IMG/VR virus record: IMGVR_UViG_3300006098_000001 | Strand: one strand, 5' to 3' | Length of the DNA: 64,000 nt | DNA from: a virus | In this document: positions 1-8,468 of the stretch, one piece after another | Numbering within the stretch: position 1 is the stretch's first letter | Layout: every line of letters begins with the position of its first letter | The notes under the pieces: model-generated | The model's input: only the letters and a program-made list of their open reading frames with translations | Told to the model about the DNA's origin: nothing | Database searches by the model: none | Program-made: the position numbers and the translations under genes

Positions 1-751
1 GATAATTCTTAAAATCGTCTAATTGCCGTGGAACTAACACTTTATTATGATGATCCCAGGCGATTTCCTGCTGGGCCTTTAAGAACCGACGACTACGCAA
101 TTTCTCCCAACGATACAACTTTTTACGGTATTTGTCTTCAAAATGATTGATCGGTTCCTTGCATCCATCTGAAAGATTAAGTAATGACTTAAGTCCTAAA
201 TCGCCACCAATATATTTACTTGTTTTAGGAAGAGTTTGGTTTTCGCTTTCCACTAAAACAGTAATGTAATATTGACCAGCAACGTTCAGACGAACAGTGA
301 CATTCTTAATTTTACCCATTGGCAATCGACCAGCTCTAAAATAGACGATACCGAGTTTTGGTAACTTTATATGATGGCAATCTAAAACTTTAATATTGCC
401 ATTAACGTACTTTGAATTGTAGCTCTGAGAATATTTTCTGGATTTAAATCGAGGGAACTTATTTTGACCTTTAAAAAAGCGTTGAAAAGCATCGGCTAAA
501 TTGCGATTAGCACTTTGCAAAGCAGTTGATTCTGCTTGTTTCAACCAAGGATACTCAACCTTAAGTTGTTTCAACAGATTATTCATCCCAAAGACATTCA
601 CAAATTTAGCTTCCGGATTGTTCTTGCGCCGTTCAATTTGCATATTAAGCATTTGATTCCATACAAAACGAACACAACCGAAGGTTTGCCAGAGCTGATT
701 TCGTTGTGCTGAATTTGGATAGATGCGCATTTTAACGGCTTTTAGAACCAT
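1..751 (-). CDS. tnpB: TnpB-like RNA-guided endonuclease (IS605 OrfB family), N-terminal ~250 aa only; gene continues past window start
   Basis: Own translation from ATG 751..749: MVLKAVKMRIYPNSAQRNQLWQTFGCVRFVWN...YIGGDLGLKSLL (OrfB N-terminal region, RuvC-I Asp motif). Start overlaps tnpA stop (TAATG). Open to position 1. Confidence 0.85.
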   Translation of the reverse strand, partial: MVLKAVKMRIYPNSAQRNQLWQTFGCVRFVWNQMLNMQIERRKNNPEAKFVNVFGMNNLLKQLKVEYPWLKQAESTALQSANRNLADAFQRFFKGQNKFPRFKSRKYSQSYNSKYVNGNIKVLDCHHIKLPKLGIVYFRAGRLPMGKIKNVTVRLNVAGQYYITVLVESENQTLPKTSKYIGGDLGLKSLLNLSDGCKEPINHFEDKYRKKLYRWEKLRSRRFLKAQQEIAWDHHNKVLVPRQLDDFKNY

Positions 752-1161
752 TATTTTCTCCCTTGACTTTCAATATATCGTTTTAAAACTTCTAAAGGCG
801 CTCCACCAGTGCTAATTAAGCAATAGCTTTGTGTCCAAAAAGCTGATTTCCAAAGATACTGCTTGATTTCTGGAAATTGTTTTTTGACCATTCTGGAGCT
901 AGACGATTTGTAAGCATTTAAAAATTTAGCCATTTCCGTATGAGGCGTTGCTCTAAACAAAACATGTACGTGGTCCTGATCATGATTCCATTCTTGCAAA
1001 TTAACGCCGTATGCTTGTCCCACAACTACAAAACGATGTTTAAGATATTCAGATATTTCATCGTTAATTACTTTTCGACGATACTTAACCACCATTACCA
1101 AATGGTAATTAAGTAAGTATACTGAATGCTGATTTCTATCTAATTCTATTGTTATCACCAC
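751..1161 (-). CDS. tnpA: IS200/IS605-family Y1 (HUH) transposase TnpA
   Basis: 136 aa; HUH motif in DQDHVHVLF; catalytic Tyr context LKRYIESQ; typical size. Confidence 0.9.
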   Translation of the reverse strand: MVITIELDRNQHSVYLLNYHLVMVVKYRRKVINDEISEYLKHRFVVVGQAYGVNLQEWNHDQDHVHVLFRATPHTEMAKFLNAYKSSSSRMVKKQFPEIKQYLWKSAFWTQSYCLISTGGAPLEVLKRYIESQGRK

Positions 1162-1299
1162 ATTTTATAGATATATACTAAATATATCATAGAACAAAAG
1201 AAAAAGCACTAACGTGCTTTAAGAGAGCGATTCATCCCCTACTTATAGAAGTGGGGGTATTCTCGCAAATTTATGGATAAAATGTCTCTTTTATAAGGA

Positions 1300-1476
1300 T
1301 CACCGTTCCTCTCTTGGGGTATCTAAATAGTCCCACAATAGCTGTTTTACAAATGGTGGAGCCGCATTAAAGTTAATTGCTGGTCGAATTAGCACATCTT
1401 TATTATCGCAAATACTAACCTCGACCTGTCCTCCAGCCATTTGTTCTAATCGTTGTTTAAATTCAGTTGCTAACAA
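1300..1476 (-). CDS. small hypothetical protein (58 aa, TTG start)
   Basis: Own translation; GGAGG 7 nt upstream of TTG. Below the ORF-track size cutoff. Confidence 0.3.
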   Translation of the reverse strand: MLATEFKQRLEQMAGGQVEVSICDNKDVLIRPAINFNAAPPFVKQLLWDYLDTPREER

Positions 1477-1487
1477 TTAACAACCTC

Positions 1488-1628
1488 CTAACTAACTTCT
1501 TTAACTAAGAATCCTGTTGCAATGATAATTGGGACAATAATAAATAGGCTGATACCACCATATGCAATAGTAGATACGCCTAAAAACGCCAATATTACTA
1601 ATAATGAAATAATTGCTGTGTAACTCAT
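1488..1628 (-). CDS. small membrane protein (46 aa)
   Basis: Own translation MSYTAIISLLVILAFLGVSTIAYGGISLFIIVPIIIATGFLVKEVS. ATG overlaps the upstream stop (TAATG). Confidence 0.4.
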   Translation of the reverse strand: MSYTAIISLLVILAFLGVSTIAYGGISLFIIVPIIIATGFLVKEVS

Positions 1629-1903
1629 TACGCCACCGCCCAATTAAATGTTTTTGCTTTTGACCGCAAATAATCTAGCTTTCCCCACATCATTTGTTTG
1701 TAATGTTTAGTAGCGTTAATTCCACAAAGATAATCTTTCGCGTCTTGAAACGAATCAAAAAACTCGTATTCACAGCACATAGTAGATAAGTTTTCTATGA
1801 AATGATAGAGCTCTAATGGATTCTCTGTATTTACCACGTCCCAATAATCTCTTTTAAGGTACGATGGACTTTCTGAAGTGGGCTGGACTAAAATAATTTT
1901 CAT
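1628..1903 (-). CDS. hypothetical protein
   Basis: ORF track; packed same-strand array; no motif recognised. Confidence 0.55.
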   Translation of the reverse strand: MKIILVQPTSESPSYLKRDYWDVVNTENPLELYHFIENLSTMCCEYEFFDSFQDAKDYLCGINATKHYKQMMWGKLDYLRSKAKTFNWAVA

Positions 1904-1910
1904 AATCTAC

Positions 1911-2129
1911 CTACCGTCTTACTACTTCGCCATCTACAATAATCTTGTAATGGTCCTCGTCAGTATATAAGCGAATAATCCCATCAGACATTTCTAGACG
2001 GACACCATTCATATTAACGATACTGCTGCCACATGAGTGGTATTGATTTAAGTTTTTGCCAGTACCCATGTTAATTGAAATTGCTTCTTGATCTAATACG
2101 TTTTTGATTTTTGTAAATAAGTTTTTCAA
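1911..2129 (-). CDS. hypothetical protein
   Basis: ORF track; packed same-strand array. Confidence 0.5.
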   Translation of the reverse strand: MKNLFTKIKNVLDQEAISINMGTGKNLNQYHSCGSSIVNMNGVRLEMSDGIIRLYTDEDHYKIIVDGEVVRR

Positions 2130-2146
2130 AGTCTCTCTCCTTTCTA

Positions 2147-2488
2147 TTAACTTGCTTGAATGATTAAGAAAACTAGTGTAAAAACTACTTCTACAAGAAA
2201 AATGCCTATAATAACAATTCCAAGTTTTTCGTCTTTATCAGACATTTGGTTACTAGAATTCTCATGCTCTCCTTCGCCTTGTTCTATGTTATCTGGATTT
2301 AACGGTGAGGCAGGATTAGCAGGATTAAGTGGGCTAATAGGACTCGCTGGGTTGCTTGGATTAGTTAAGCTTGTTGGACTAGCTGGATTAGATGGTGACA
2401 TCATATCAGCATGTACAGTTGAACTTGGATAAAAAGAAAAGCCAATAATGACTAAAATTACTGTTAAGGTTGTAATTATTTTCTTCAA
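2147..2488 (-). CDS. secreted/membrane-anchored protein with Pro-rich NPASP repeats
   Basis: N-terminal signal-like segment, four NPASP-type repeats, C-terminal hydrophobic helix. Confidence 0.6.
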   Translation of the reverse strand: MKKIITTLTVILVIIGFSFYPSSTVHADMMSPSNPASPTSLTNPSNPASPISPLNPANPASPLNPDNIEQGEGEHENSSNQMSDKDEKLGIVIIGIFLVEVVFTLVFLIIQAS

Positions 2489-2838
2489 GAGATATCTTCC
2501 TCGTCTTTTGACGTCTCTTCAGGTTTAACAGTGAGAATAATTACTTTGCGAAGGTCAATCCCAACACCAGATGCGTCCTTAGTTGCGTACTGGAAAATAC
2601 CTTCTGAGCCCTTATTCTTATGAGCAACTATCCATCCGACATCCTCTTTGTTCTGATGTGATAGATCGTATTCAGCGCCGTTTTCAAAAACTAAATGAAT
2701 GGTGAAGAGCTTTTCGTTATCAAAATCGGAATAGCAATCAATAATGCCTTGTTTCGAAGCCTCAAAAGGTGATAACTCCTCTTTTTTCTCTAGTTCTTTT
2801 GCAGCCACATTTTCTGCTTTCTTATGAAAGAATCTCAT
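2485..2838 (-). CDS. hypothetical protein
   Basis: ORF track; overlaps neighbour by 4 nt (translational coupling). Confidence 0.6.
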   Translation of the reverse strand: MRFFHKKAENVAAKELEKKEELSPFEASKQGIIDCYSDFDNEKLFTIHLVFENGAEYDLSHQNKEDVGWIVAHKNKGSEGIFQYATKDASGVGIDLRKVIILTVKPEETSKDEEDIS

Positions 2839-2841
2839 GTA

Positions 2842-3165
2842 TTACTCCTCTTTATTTTTACTACTCTTTGCTTTTTTGAACGCATTTTTATCCTGACTTA
2901 AAATAAGCTGAGATATTTTTTTATAATTTTTCCAGCGACCTACCATGTCTCTACCCTTAACTCTTATGGAGCCACGATCTCCTCCTGGACGGTAGAAAAT
3001 TCGAATATAGTTGAAACAATGATCAACATAAATCCACTCGTTATTATCGGTATCGTTAACCCAGTACCATGGCCGATTTCTGCGATCAACTTCTTGGCTA
3101 TATCGCTTTTTTCTTCGCTCAATTCTAGCAAGACGTTTCTTCTTTAATCGTTCTTTTTTTCCCAT
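2842..3165 (-). CDS. hypothetical protein (very basic N-terminus)
   Basis: ORF track; packed array. Confidence 0.55.
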   Translation of the reverse strand: MGKKERLKKKRLARIERRKKRYSQEVDRRNRPWYWVNDTDNNEWIYVDHCFNYIRIFYRPGGDRGSIRVKGRDMVGRWKNYKKISQLILSQDKNAFKKAKSSKNKEE

Positions 3166-3185
3166 AAAATATCCGTTTTATCTAA

Positions 3186-3593
3186 TTAGAACACCTTCCC
3201 GTCGTAAGGCTTGAACATAACATCGTGGAAATCAAAATCTCTCGCTTCGCTTAATGTAATAATTCGAGTATTGCCACAACCGACCATCAAATTAAGCGGA
3301 ATATCTTTTTCATCATCAGGAATGATCAAAATATTTGGCTTGTGTAAAGCGTAAAGTACCCCTTGTTCATACGTCTGACCAACGTCTGGTTTACTTGGCA
3401 TAAATAATCCAATACCCATTTCCATGCCATACATTGCGTGCATATCCATTTGGTATGTATTCTGTTGCCATTCACGGTCTCCCATTACTTCTGGGTGTTC
3501 ATTTACATCAATGTCATTGTATTGATGGCTTAATGGGTGGTGACTGTATTGCAATGAAACCGATGGATTTTGGCCTAATACTTCATTACTCAT
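3186..3593 (-). CDS. hypothetical protein
   Basis: ORF track; packed array. Confidence 0.55.
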   Translation of the reverse strand: MSNEVLGQNPSVSLQYSHHPLSHQYNDIDVNEHPEVMGDREWQQNTYQMDMHAMYGMEMGIGLFMPSKPDVGQTYEQGVLYALHKPNILIIPDDEKDIPLNLMVGCGNTRIITLSEARDFDFHDVMFKPYDGKVF

Positions 3594-3943
3594 GACCAGG
3601 GTTCCACATATGGTCCCGATTCAACACTAAAACTGTTACCTTTCCAAATCTTCTCTAACGCATCTTTCATCTCGGCATTAACCATAATCGGGTCACAACC
3701 GAAAACCGTAAGCTTGTATCTGCGTTCATTGTCCTGTGATAACTCTTTTTCTGCGTCACGTCTAAATCTATATTCTTGACCATCTAGTTTGATATAGATA
3801 TTTTGGTCGTAATTATTCTTTGGTACTTGTTCAAAGAACTTTTTTCGCTCGCCTGCGTCAGCAAACAGATCAACATTATTATCATAAGCACTGGCTAACA
3901 ATACTTTGTTACCCTTAGTATCTTTGTAATATACAGTAATCAT
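3590..3943 (-). CDS. hypothetical protein
   Basis: ORF track; 4-nt overlap with the downstream gene. Confidence 0.6.
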   Translation of the reverse strand: MITVYYKDTKGNKVLLASAYDNNVDLFADAGERKKFFEQVPKNNYDQNIYIKLDGQEYRFRRDAEKELSQDNERRYKLTVFGCDPIMVNAEMKDALEKIWKGNSFSVESGPYVEPWS

Positions 3944-3969
3944 TTTTATCCTCCTTAAAAACTGATATG

Positions 3970-4164
3970 CTACTTAAGTCTTAATCCCGCTTTAATAGAT
4001 TGCTCAATGCCGTAATTACTTAAATCTAACTTACGCACTCGTTTATGTTTACCACATTTACTACACTGATAGATTTCTGACATATTGCTACCGTCCCAGT
4101 AGGGGTAATAGATGTCGTCTAACCACTTATAATCATGTTTACAAAATAACTGTTTAAGCTGCAT
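3970..4164 (-). CDS. small zinc-ribbon-like protein
   Basis: 64 aa; CKH...CSKC cysteine pairs. Confidence 0.45.
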   Translation of the reverse strand: MQLKQLFCKHDYKWLDDIYYPYWDGSNMSEIYQCSKCGKHKRVRKLDLSNYGIEQSIKAGLRLK

Positions 4165-4492
4165 TTTTCTTAACCTTTACAAATTTATCCTGAGTCGCTG
4201 ACCCTTCATATATTGTTTCATCATACTCAAATTCATTTCTATACATTTCAATATTCCCGACAACTTTTTCTGCTTCAGATAAGTATCGGTTGTATCTATT
4301 AAGTTGATATCTGCGAATACGAATTGTGTCATGATCAAACCAATAACGCTCATCATTATTAGTTGCTTCCGCTTCCTTGTCAGCATAACTTAACGCTAAT
4401 TCATATGAATCAGTAACACCAACTACATATTCTGCATAATCGCTATACCAACCACTAGCGTGAATTACTACATAAATGTCTTTTGTTTTCAT
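4154..4492 (-). CDS. hypothetical protein
   Basis: ORF track; packed array. Confidence 0.55.
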   Translation of the reverse strand: MKTKDIYVVIHASGWYSDYAEYVVGVTDSYELALSYADKEAEATNNDERYWFDHDTIRIRRYQLNRYNRYLSEAEKVVGNIEMYRNEFEYDETIYEGSATQDKFVKVKKNAA

Positions 4493-4520
4493 TTATTCTC
4501 CTTTTGAACTGGCATTTTAC

Positions 4521-4709
4521 TTAAAATGGCATGAAAGACATAATGCCATAAATGCCCAAAATAATAGGCGCTGATAGCATTACAACACTTTCAGCGTTAC
4601 TCTTTGCATGATTTTCTGATCCGTTATCAACTATTCTTATAGCGAGATACATCGTCACTTCAATTACGAACGTTGCAATAATTGGAATTAATAAGTGTTC
4701 AATCATCAA
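4521..4709 (-). CDS. small membrane protein
   Basis: 62 aa with two hydrophobic segments. Confidence 0.5.
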   Translation of the reverse strand: MMIEHLLIPIIATFVIEVTMYLAIRIVDNGSENHAKSNAESVVMLSAPIILGIYGIMSFMPF

Positions 4710-5076
4710 AATTCACCGTTCTATCCTTATCTAAGTAGACCAATCTTGGCTTAACAGAAATATCAGTTGCTCCCTCTTCACGTTGCTTTAAGACGAAAGC
4801 CCATGCGTCTTCTTCTCTTGAAAAGACATCGGTTTCGCGTAATGGACCATAATCATCATGGGTCGTGTACTCGGCAATGTAAACACGTTGCATGCCTTGT
4901 TCTGTACGTTTCCATTTTGGGCGATCTTCTGATGCCTCATAAGTAATTTTTACACCTACACCCTCAGCAGATTGAATTACTGTACTTACAATCCTGTCAA
5001 TGGCCTTTCCGTCAAAATAATCATCTTGACTAGGTTGAATTTTAATCATAGCTGTCTTTACTTCATCACTTAACAT
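4699..5076 (-). CDS. hypothetical protein
   Basis: ORF track; packed array. Confidence 0.55.
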   Translation of the reverse strand: MLSDEVKTAMIKIQPSQDDYFDGKAIDRIVSTVIQSAEGVGVKITYEASEDRPKWKRTEQGMQRVYIAEYTTHDDYGPLRETDVFSREEDAWAFVLKQREEGATDISVKPRLVYLDKDRTVNFDD

Positions 5077-5078
5077 AT

Positions 5079-5603
5079 TTAACCCTCCGCAATCTTTTGC
5101 TTAGCCTCAGAAATAACCTGCATACTTCCGTCCAGTGTTTTCCTAATTTCACTGAATTCTTTCAATAACTGTTCCCAAGCAACATCAGCAAAACGGTGAT
5201 TAACATGAGGACTCTTCATTCGTTCACAATAATCCATCATCGCTTGAATATTGTCGTAGATTTTACCGGCAGTTCGAACTTTCTTCTGCTTTACTAACAA
5301 ATCTAATGCTTCATTAATAGCTGATTTAACTTCTGGATTGGTATTCACCTTGAAACCATTATCGTCATGCTCATTCTCTGAATAAACAGTAATAACTTGC
5401 TTTTGGCGTGTATCAATGACAAACACAATATCGTGTAGTCGATACTTTTCACGATTATTATTCTGTTTCTCAACGAATTCACCTTGAGATAATAAACGAC
5501 TCATCCAGCCATCAAATTCAGTTTTAGTGATATTGAATCTTGTTAAGATTCGTTCTTTGGCATGTTCTGTTACTTTATAAAGCGGAAAGTTCTTAACTCC
5601 CAT
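5079..5603 (-). CDS. hypothetical protein
   Basis: ORF track; packed array. Confidence 0.6.
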   Translation of the reverse strand: MGVKNFPLYKVTEHAKERILTRFNITKTEFDGWMSRLLSQGEFVEKQNNNREKYRLHDIVFVIDTRQKQVITVYSENEHDDNGFKVNTNPEVKSAINEALDLLVKQKKVRTAGKIYDNIQAMMDYCERMKSPHVNHRFADVAWEQLLKEFSEIRKTLDGSMQVISEAKQKIAEG

Positions 5604-5619
5604 CTAAAATCCTCCATTA

Positions 5620-5853
5620 TTACATTTTCATTATGTTAGACAACATCATTGGCGTTGTTGTAATACTGTTTAAGTCATCAAGTTTACAAGTGAAAGACCC
5701 ATCTTTTCCAAAGTCAATCGTGCATACTCCCTTAATTGGTTCGGTAATATTCTCAACTTTACCCGGAAATGACATAAGTGCTTGATGTTTCAGGTTGATT
5801 GTCGTTAGCCATGAAAAATCACCTGATACTGGTCTTCCTCGAAATGCTTTCAT
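5620..5853 (-). CDS. hypothetical protein
   Basis: ORF track. Confidence 0.5.
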   Translation of the reverse strand: MKAFRGRPVSGDFSWLTTINLKHQALMSFPGKVENITEPIKGVCTIDFGKDGSFTCKLDDLNSITTTPMMLSNIMKM

Positions 5854-5865
5854 TTAAGGCGCTCC

Positions 5866-6081
5866 TTAATTAATAATCGTTTCTTCGGCATAATCATTTG
5901 GGTCAATTGGACTACTAGCCGCAAAGTCACTTGTTTTATAACGCTCAAAACCAGCCATATCATTACAGCTATTTACTACTAGGCGTACTGCATTTTCTGG
6001 CGCTCTAGCAATTACCACGCTACTTTCAATTCCTTTAAACGCAATATTATCTTTAAGTGCTACCACTTCGTAAATGTGCAT
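5866..6081 (-). CDS. hypothetical protein
   Basis: ORF track; ATG overlaps the upstream stop (TAATG). Confidence 0.5.
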   Translation of the reverse strand: MHIYEVVALKDNIAFKGIESSVVIARAPENAVRLVVNSCNDMAGFERYKTSDFAASSPIDPNDYAEETIIN

Positions 6082-6197
6082 TAATCTTCCTCCCTTACTG
6101 GTTCAATAATTGCTTTATCCCAGTCGATTGCTAAATCTTTTCGTTCTTTTAACTTATCAATTTCTTCTTGAGTGAAATGAGTTTGGATTGTTTCCAT
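6081..6197 (-). CDS. small hypothetical protein (38 aa)
   Basis: Own translation METIQTHFTQEEIDKLKERKDLAIDWDKAIIEPVREED. Stop overlaps the next ATG. Confidence 0.3.
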   Translation of the reverse strand: METIQTHFTQEEIDKLKERKDLAIDWDKAIIEPVREED

Positions 6198-6528
6198 AAC
6201 CCACACCTAAGCCGTTAGGATTGATGCCTAGGTAATTAGCATCGCCATCCCGATCTACTCCGAGAGGAAGAATATATTTTTGCTGATTTTCTCGTTCATT
6301 TAAGTATTTACGAATGATTTCAAGTGCCTCAATCGCACCATCATTAAGATGTTGAGCTAAAATAGTACCGTCAATATACCCGTCTCCATAGAGATCATTT
6401 GATCTTAAGTTAAATCGTACAAAATAATCACCATCACTCTTTTGACGGATATATCAATAATCGCCCTCAGCCTCTGCATAAAATTCATCTAGTTCGTTAA
6501 TCTTCTTAGTTAACTTTGAAAGCTTCAT
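6157..6528 (-). pseudogene. 123-codon ORF interrupted by one in-frame TGA (6454-6456); nonsense pseudogene or UGA read-through gene
   Basis: AGGAGG 7 nt upstream of ATG 6528. Codon 25 is TGA (D Y * Y I). No in-frame ATG in the 98 codons after it. Confidence 0.5.
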
Positions 6529-6600
6529 TGATTTTTCCTCCTATGGATTATTATGTATAAGGGGAAGAACCCCTTGTTGTGTGTATATGTTTATTGCCTG

Positions 6601-7338
6601 CTAAGCTGCGACTGGAGCTGGATCGTTAAACTTTTCAGCGCGTTCAGCCTTAATTTGTTCAAATTCTGATTGAGTCAACTTACCAAGTTCGACTAAGCGT
6701 TGTTCAATCAGATCCAGTACAGCATTACGATCACTGTCGCTGTTTACAAAGTCATACTTTCTCATGTCAATTCTTAAAACAGAAGACTGAGAGTATCCTT
6801 GGTACCAATGGCTGTACGTCTCCCAAACCGATCTGTAATAATCAACTAATTTAGGATCTTCTGTTTCCATTTCTCGGCCACGCAGTTTAATATGATCTAA
6901 CATAACTTCAAATGGCGCATCTAGATAAATAATTAGGTCTGGAATTCCATTAAATGGATGGGCAGCCACATCAGAAATCATATTTTGGTTAAGTTCAATA
7001 TAGAGATCAAACATTGTTTGAGGAAATTCTCCACGTTTATAAAGATTAAAGGCCATTAGAGAATCGCTAAGCAAAGAACTGTCATAAACTGTGTTTACCA
7101 TATTTTCATGTTCAGCAAGATATAACCCCTCTTTCAGTTGCTTAAACCGATAATTTAAAAACGCTATTTGTAAAGCAAAACTTAAATCGTTTCTACTCTT
7201 ATTCCCATCAGCATAAAACTCCTTTAGCATTGGGATATTTTCAACGTCTTCATAAAATCCTTTTGTCCCCAAATCCTTGGTTAAAATGCGGGTTAAACTT
7301 GTCTTCCCAATTCCGATTGGTGCGTTAATAAAAATCAT
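6601..7338 (-). CDS. deoxynucleoside kinase (dAK/dGK/dCK family)
   Basis: P-loop APIGIGKTS at the N-terminus; YDSSLLSD and LRGREME motifs typical of dNK family; 245 aa. Confidence 0.8.
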   Translation of the reverse strand: MIFINAPIGIGKTSLTRILTKDLGTKGFYEDVENIPMLKEFYADGNKSRNDLSFALQIAFLNYRFKQLKEGLYLAEHENMVNTVYDSSLLSDSLMAFNLYKRGEFPQTMFDLYIELNQNMISDVAAHPFNGIPDLIIYLDAPFEVMLDHIKLRGREMETEDPKLVDYYRSVWETYSHWYQGYSQSSVLRIDMRKYDFVNSDSDRNAVLDLIEQRLVELGKLTQSEFEQIKAERAEKFNDPAPVAA

Positions 7339-8048
7339 GCTGCCGTTAATTCCTTTCTTTTATGTGACATATTTTCATTAATAGGAGCAATTAACTCTTC
7401 GTTCCTTTTACCATGTTTATATCGGGCGTAGAGAGTTAGTCTGTCTATTCCAGTTTCCCTTGCCAACTCGCCATATGTGTAATACTTTCCGCAAACTTTA
7501 ATATAGACATTATTGCGTTTATTATTAGCTTGAACATATCTGTCAACCCATCTACAATTTTGGGGTTCATAATTGCCGTTAACGTCTATTCGATCAATAG
7601 ATTGTTCGATACCTGTTTTATTAATATCAAATCCATTTTCTAGTGCCCATTTCTTAAAGTTCTTATAGTCGTTCCATTCAGTACATACGCTAATTCCTCG
7701 CCCACCATATTTTGGATAGGCTTTGTCATTGGAGTTCATACACCGCTGTCGCATATGAGCCCAAGTATGATAAAGACGGTGATATTTACTATCTTTTTGG
7801 CTATCTGCTGTCTTATATTTTTTATGAAAATTATTACCTTGTACGAGCTCTGCATTATAGCAACCACACGATAATGTCGATCGACTTTTATTCACACCTA
7901 GTCCATCGGTTCGAAACACCTTTTCAGTACCGCAATCACAGCGACATAGCCAACCGCCCCTTGTGTAACGACCATTAGGAATTCTTCTCTTCTCAATCAA
8001 CGTCAGCCTTCCAACTCTTTTACCTGGATAGCATTCAGCCTCTTTCAC
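7335..8048 (-). CDS. HNH-like endonuclease/DNA-binding protein with C-terminal HTH
   Basis: Cys clusters (CRCDCG, SCGC); GGRGISVC...SIDRIDVNGNYEPQNCRWV (degenerate HNH core); C-terminal YTYGELARETGIDRLTLYARY. Confidence 0.55.
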   Translation of the reverse strand: MKEAECYPGKRVGRLTLIEKRRIPNGRYTRGGWLCRCDCGTEKVFRTDGLGVNKSRSTLSCGCYNAELVQGNNFHKKYKTADSQKDSKYHRLYHTWAHMRQRCMNSNDKAYPKYGGRGISVCTEWNDYKNFKKWALENGFDINKTGIEQSIDRIDVNGNYEPQNCRWVDRYVQANNKRNNVYIKVCGKYYTYGELARETGIDRLTLYARYKHGKRNEELIAPINENMSHKRKELTAA

Positions 8049-8081
8049 TCAATCCCTCCTCTTAAATTTTTGTATACAAAA

Positions 8082-8120
8082 AGCGTCACCAGATTCTAAT
8101 CAATCTCGCAAAGTGACGCT
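8082..8120 (-). terminator. intrinsic terminator closing the RNA island
   Basis: AGCGTCAC (8120-8113) / GTGACGCT (8089-8082), followed on the minus strand by TTTTTGT. Confidence 0.7.
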
Positions 8121-8174
8121 TATTTATATGTCTCGTTATAAATACGTAATAAAGAATTTCGCTAATTATAGCTA

Positions 8175-8239
8175 TGGGACGGGTGGGATTCGAACCCACG
8201 ACATTGTGCACTTGTTCTACCAAACTGAACTACCGACCC
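8175..8239 (-). ncRNA. tRNA-like element lacking an anticodon arm (65 nt)
   Basis: GGGTCGG-TA-GTTC/AGTTTGGTA/GAAC, then only 14 nt (AAGTGCACAATGTC), then GTGGG/TTCGAAT/CCCAC-CCGTCCC-A. Acceptor has a T:T mismatch at pair 4. Confidence 0.35.
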
Positions 8240-8468
8240 TGCTTGCTTTAGTACATTCAGAAAGCATTCCAAAGATCTTATTTTAAGCTCACAAATTTAT
8301 TACACGGATAGGAGCTAGGTTCTACGTTTACCTGAATCGCCGTGGTTTCTATAAGAAATTTCTAACAACGAGGGAGCTACCCTCCGGCTACATATTAACG
8401 GTGGTGTAACCTTAGATGCCACGTTTCCATTTCAATTAAGAAGGTTGATAAAAACCTTTCATCACTGC

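Larger units (their letters stand above)
1..1290 (-). mobile_element. IS200/IS605-family insertion sequence (tnpA-tnpB); left end about 1200-1290, right end outside window
   Basis: tnpA/tnpB pair. Upstream of tnpA are subterminal hairpins AAAGCAC-TAAC-GTGCTTT (about 1203-1220) and CCCCACTT-CTAT-AAGT(A)GGGG (about 1236-1257). Confidence 0.8.

Noticed and set aside
2160-2432. Antisense shadow ORFs. Plus strand: 2160..2432, 7712..7978, 13595..13891, 15423..15617, 16647..16904, 16935..17279, 17601..17807, 18711..19085, 19607..19795, 20080..20316, 22862..23131, 23160..23453, 23426..23728, 24523..24831, 27618..27824, 28416..28643, 29360..29551, 32634..32873, 34960..35166, 35708..35890, 44764..45027. 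Minus strand: 46411..46677, 48816..49055, 49542..49760, 50559..50786, 50717..50908, 51197..51403, 52681..52938, 54580..54774, 59150..59335, 60765..61172, 61715..62026, 62283..62543, 63772..63960.
   Set aside because: Each lies fully opposite a longer, motif-supported or operon-consistent gene and lacks an RBS.
4177-4386. Same-strand alternative-frame ORFs (4177..4386, 15530..15715, 17060..17287, 35156..35434, 45971..46162, 59195..59386)
   Set aside because: They are nested in another frame of a longer credible gene. There is no independent RBS or motif.
6454-6456. Genome-wide UGA-to-Trp recoding (genetic code 4)
   Set aside because: TGA is used as an ordinary stop elsewhere in the window (for example the terS-like gene at 50350-50352 and the 58-aa ORF at 1300-1302). 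Only one in-frame TGA was seen. No UCA-anticodon tRNA was found.
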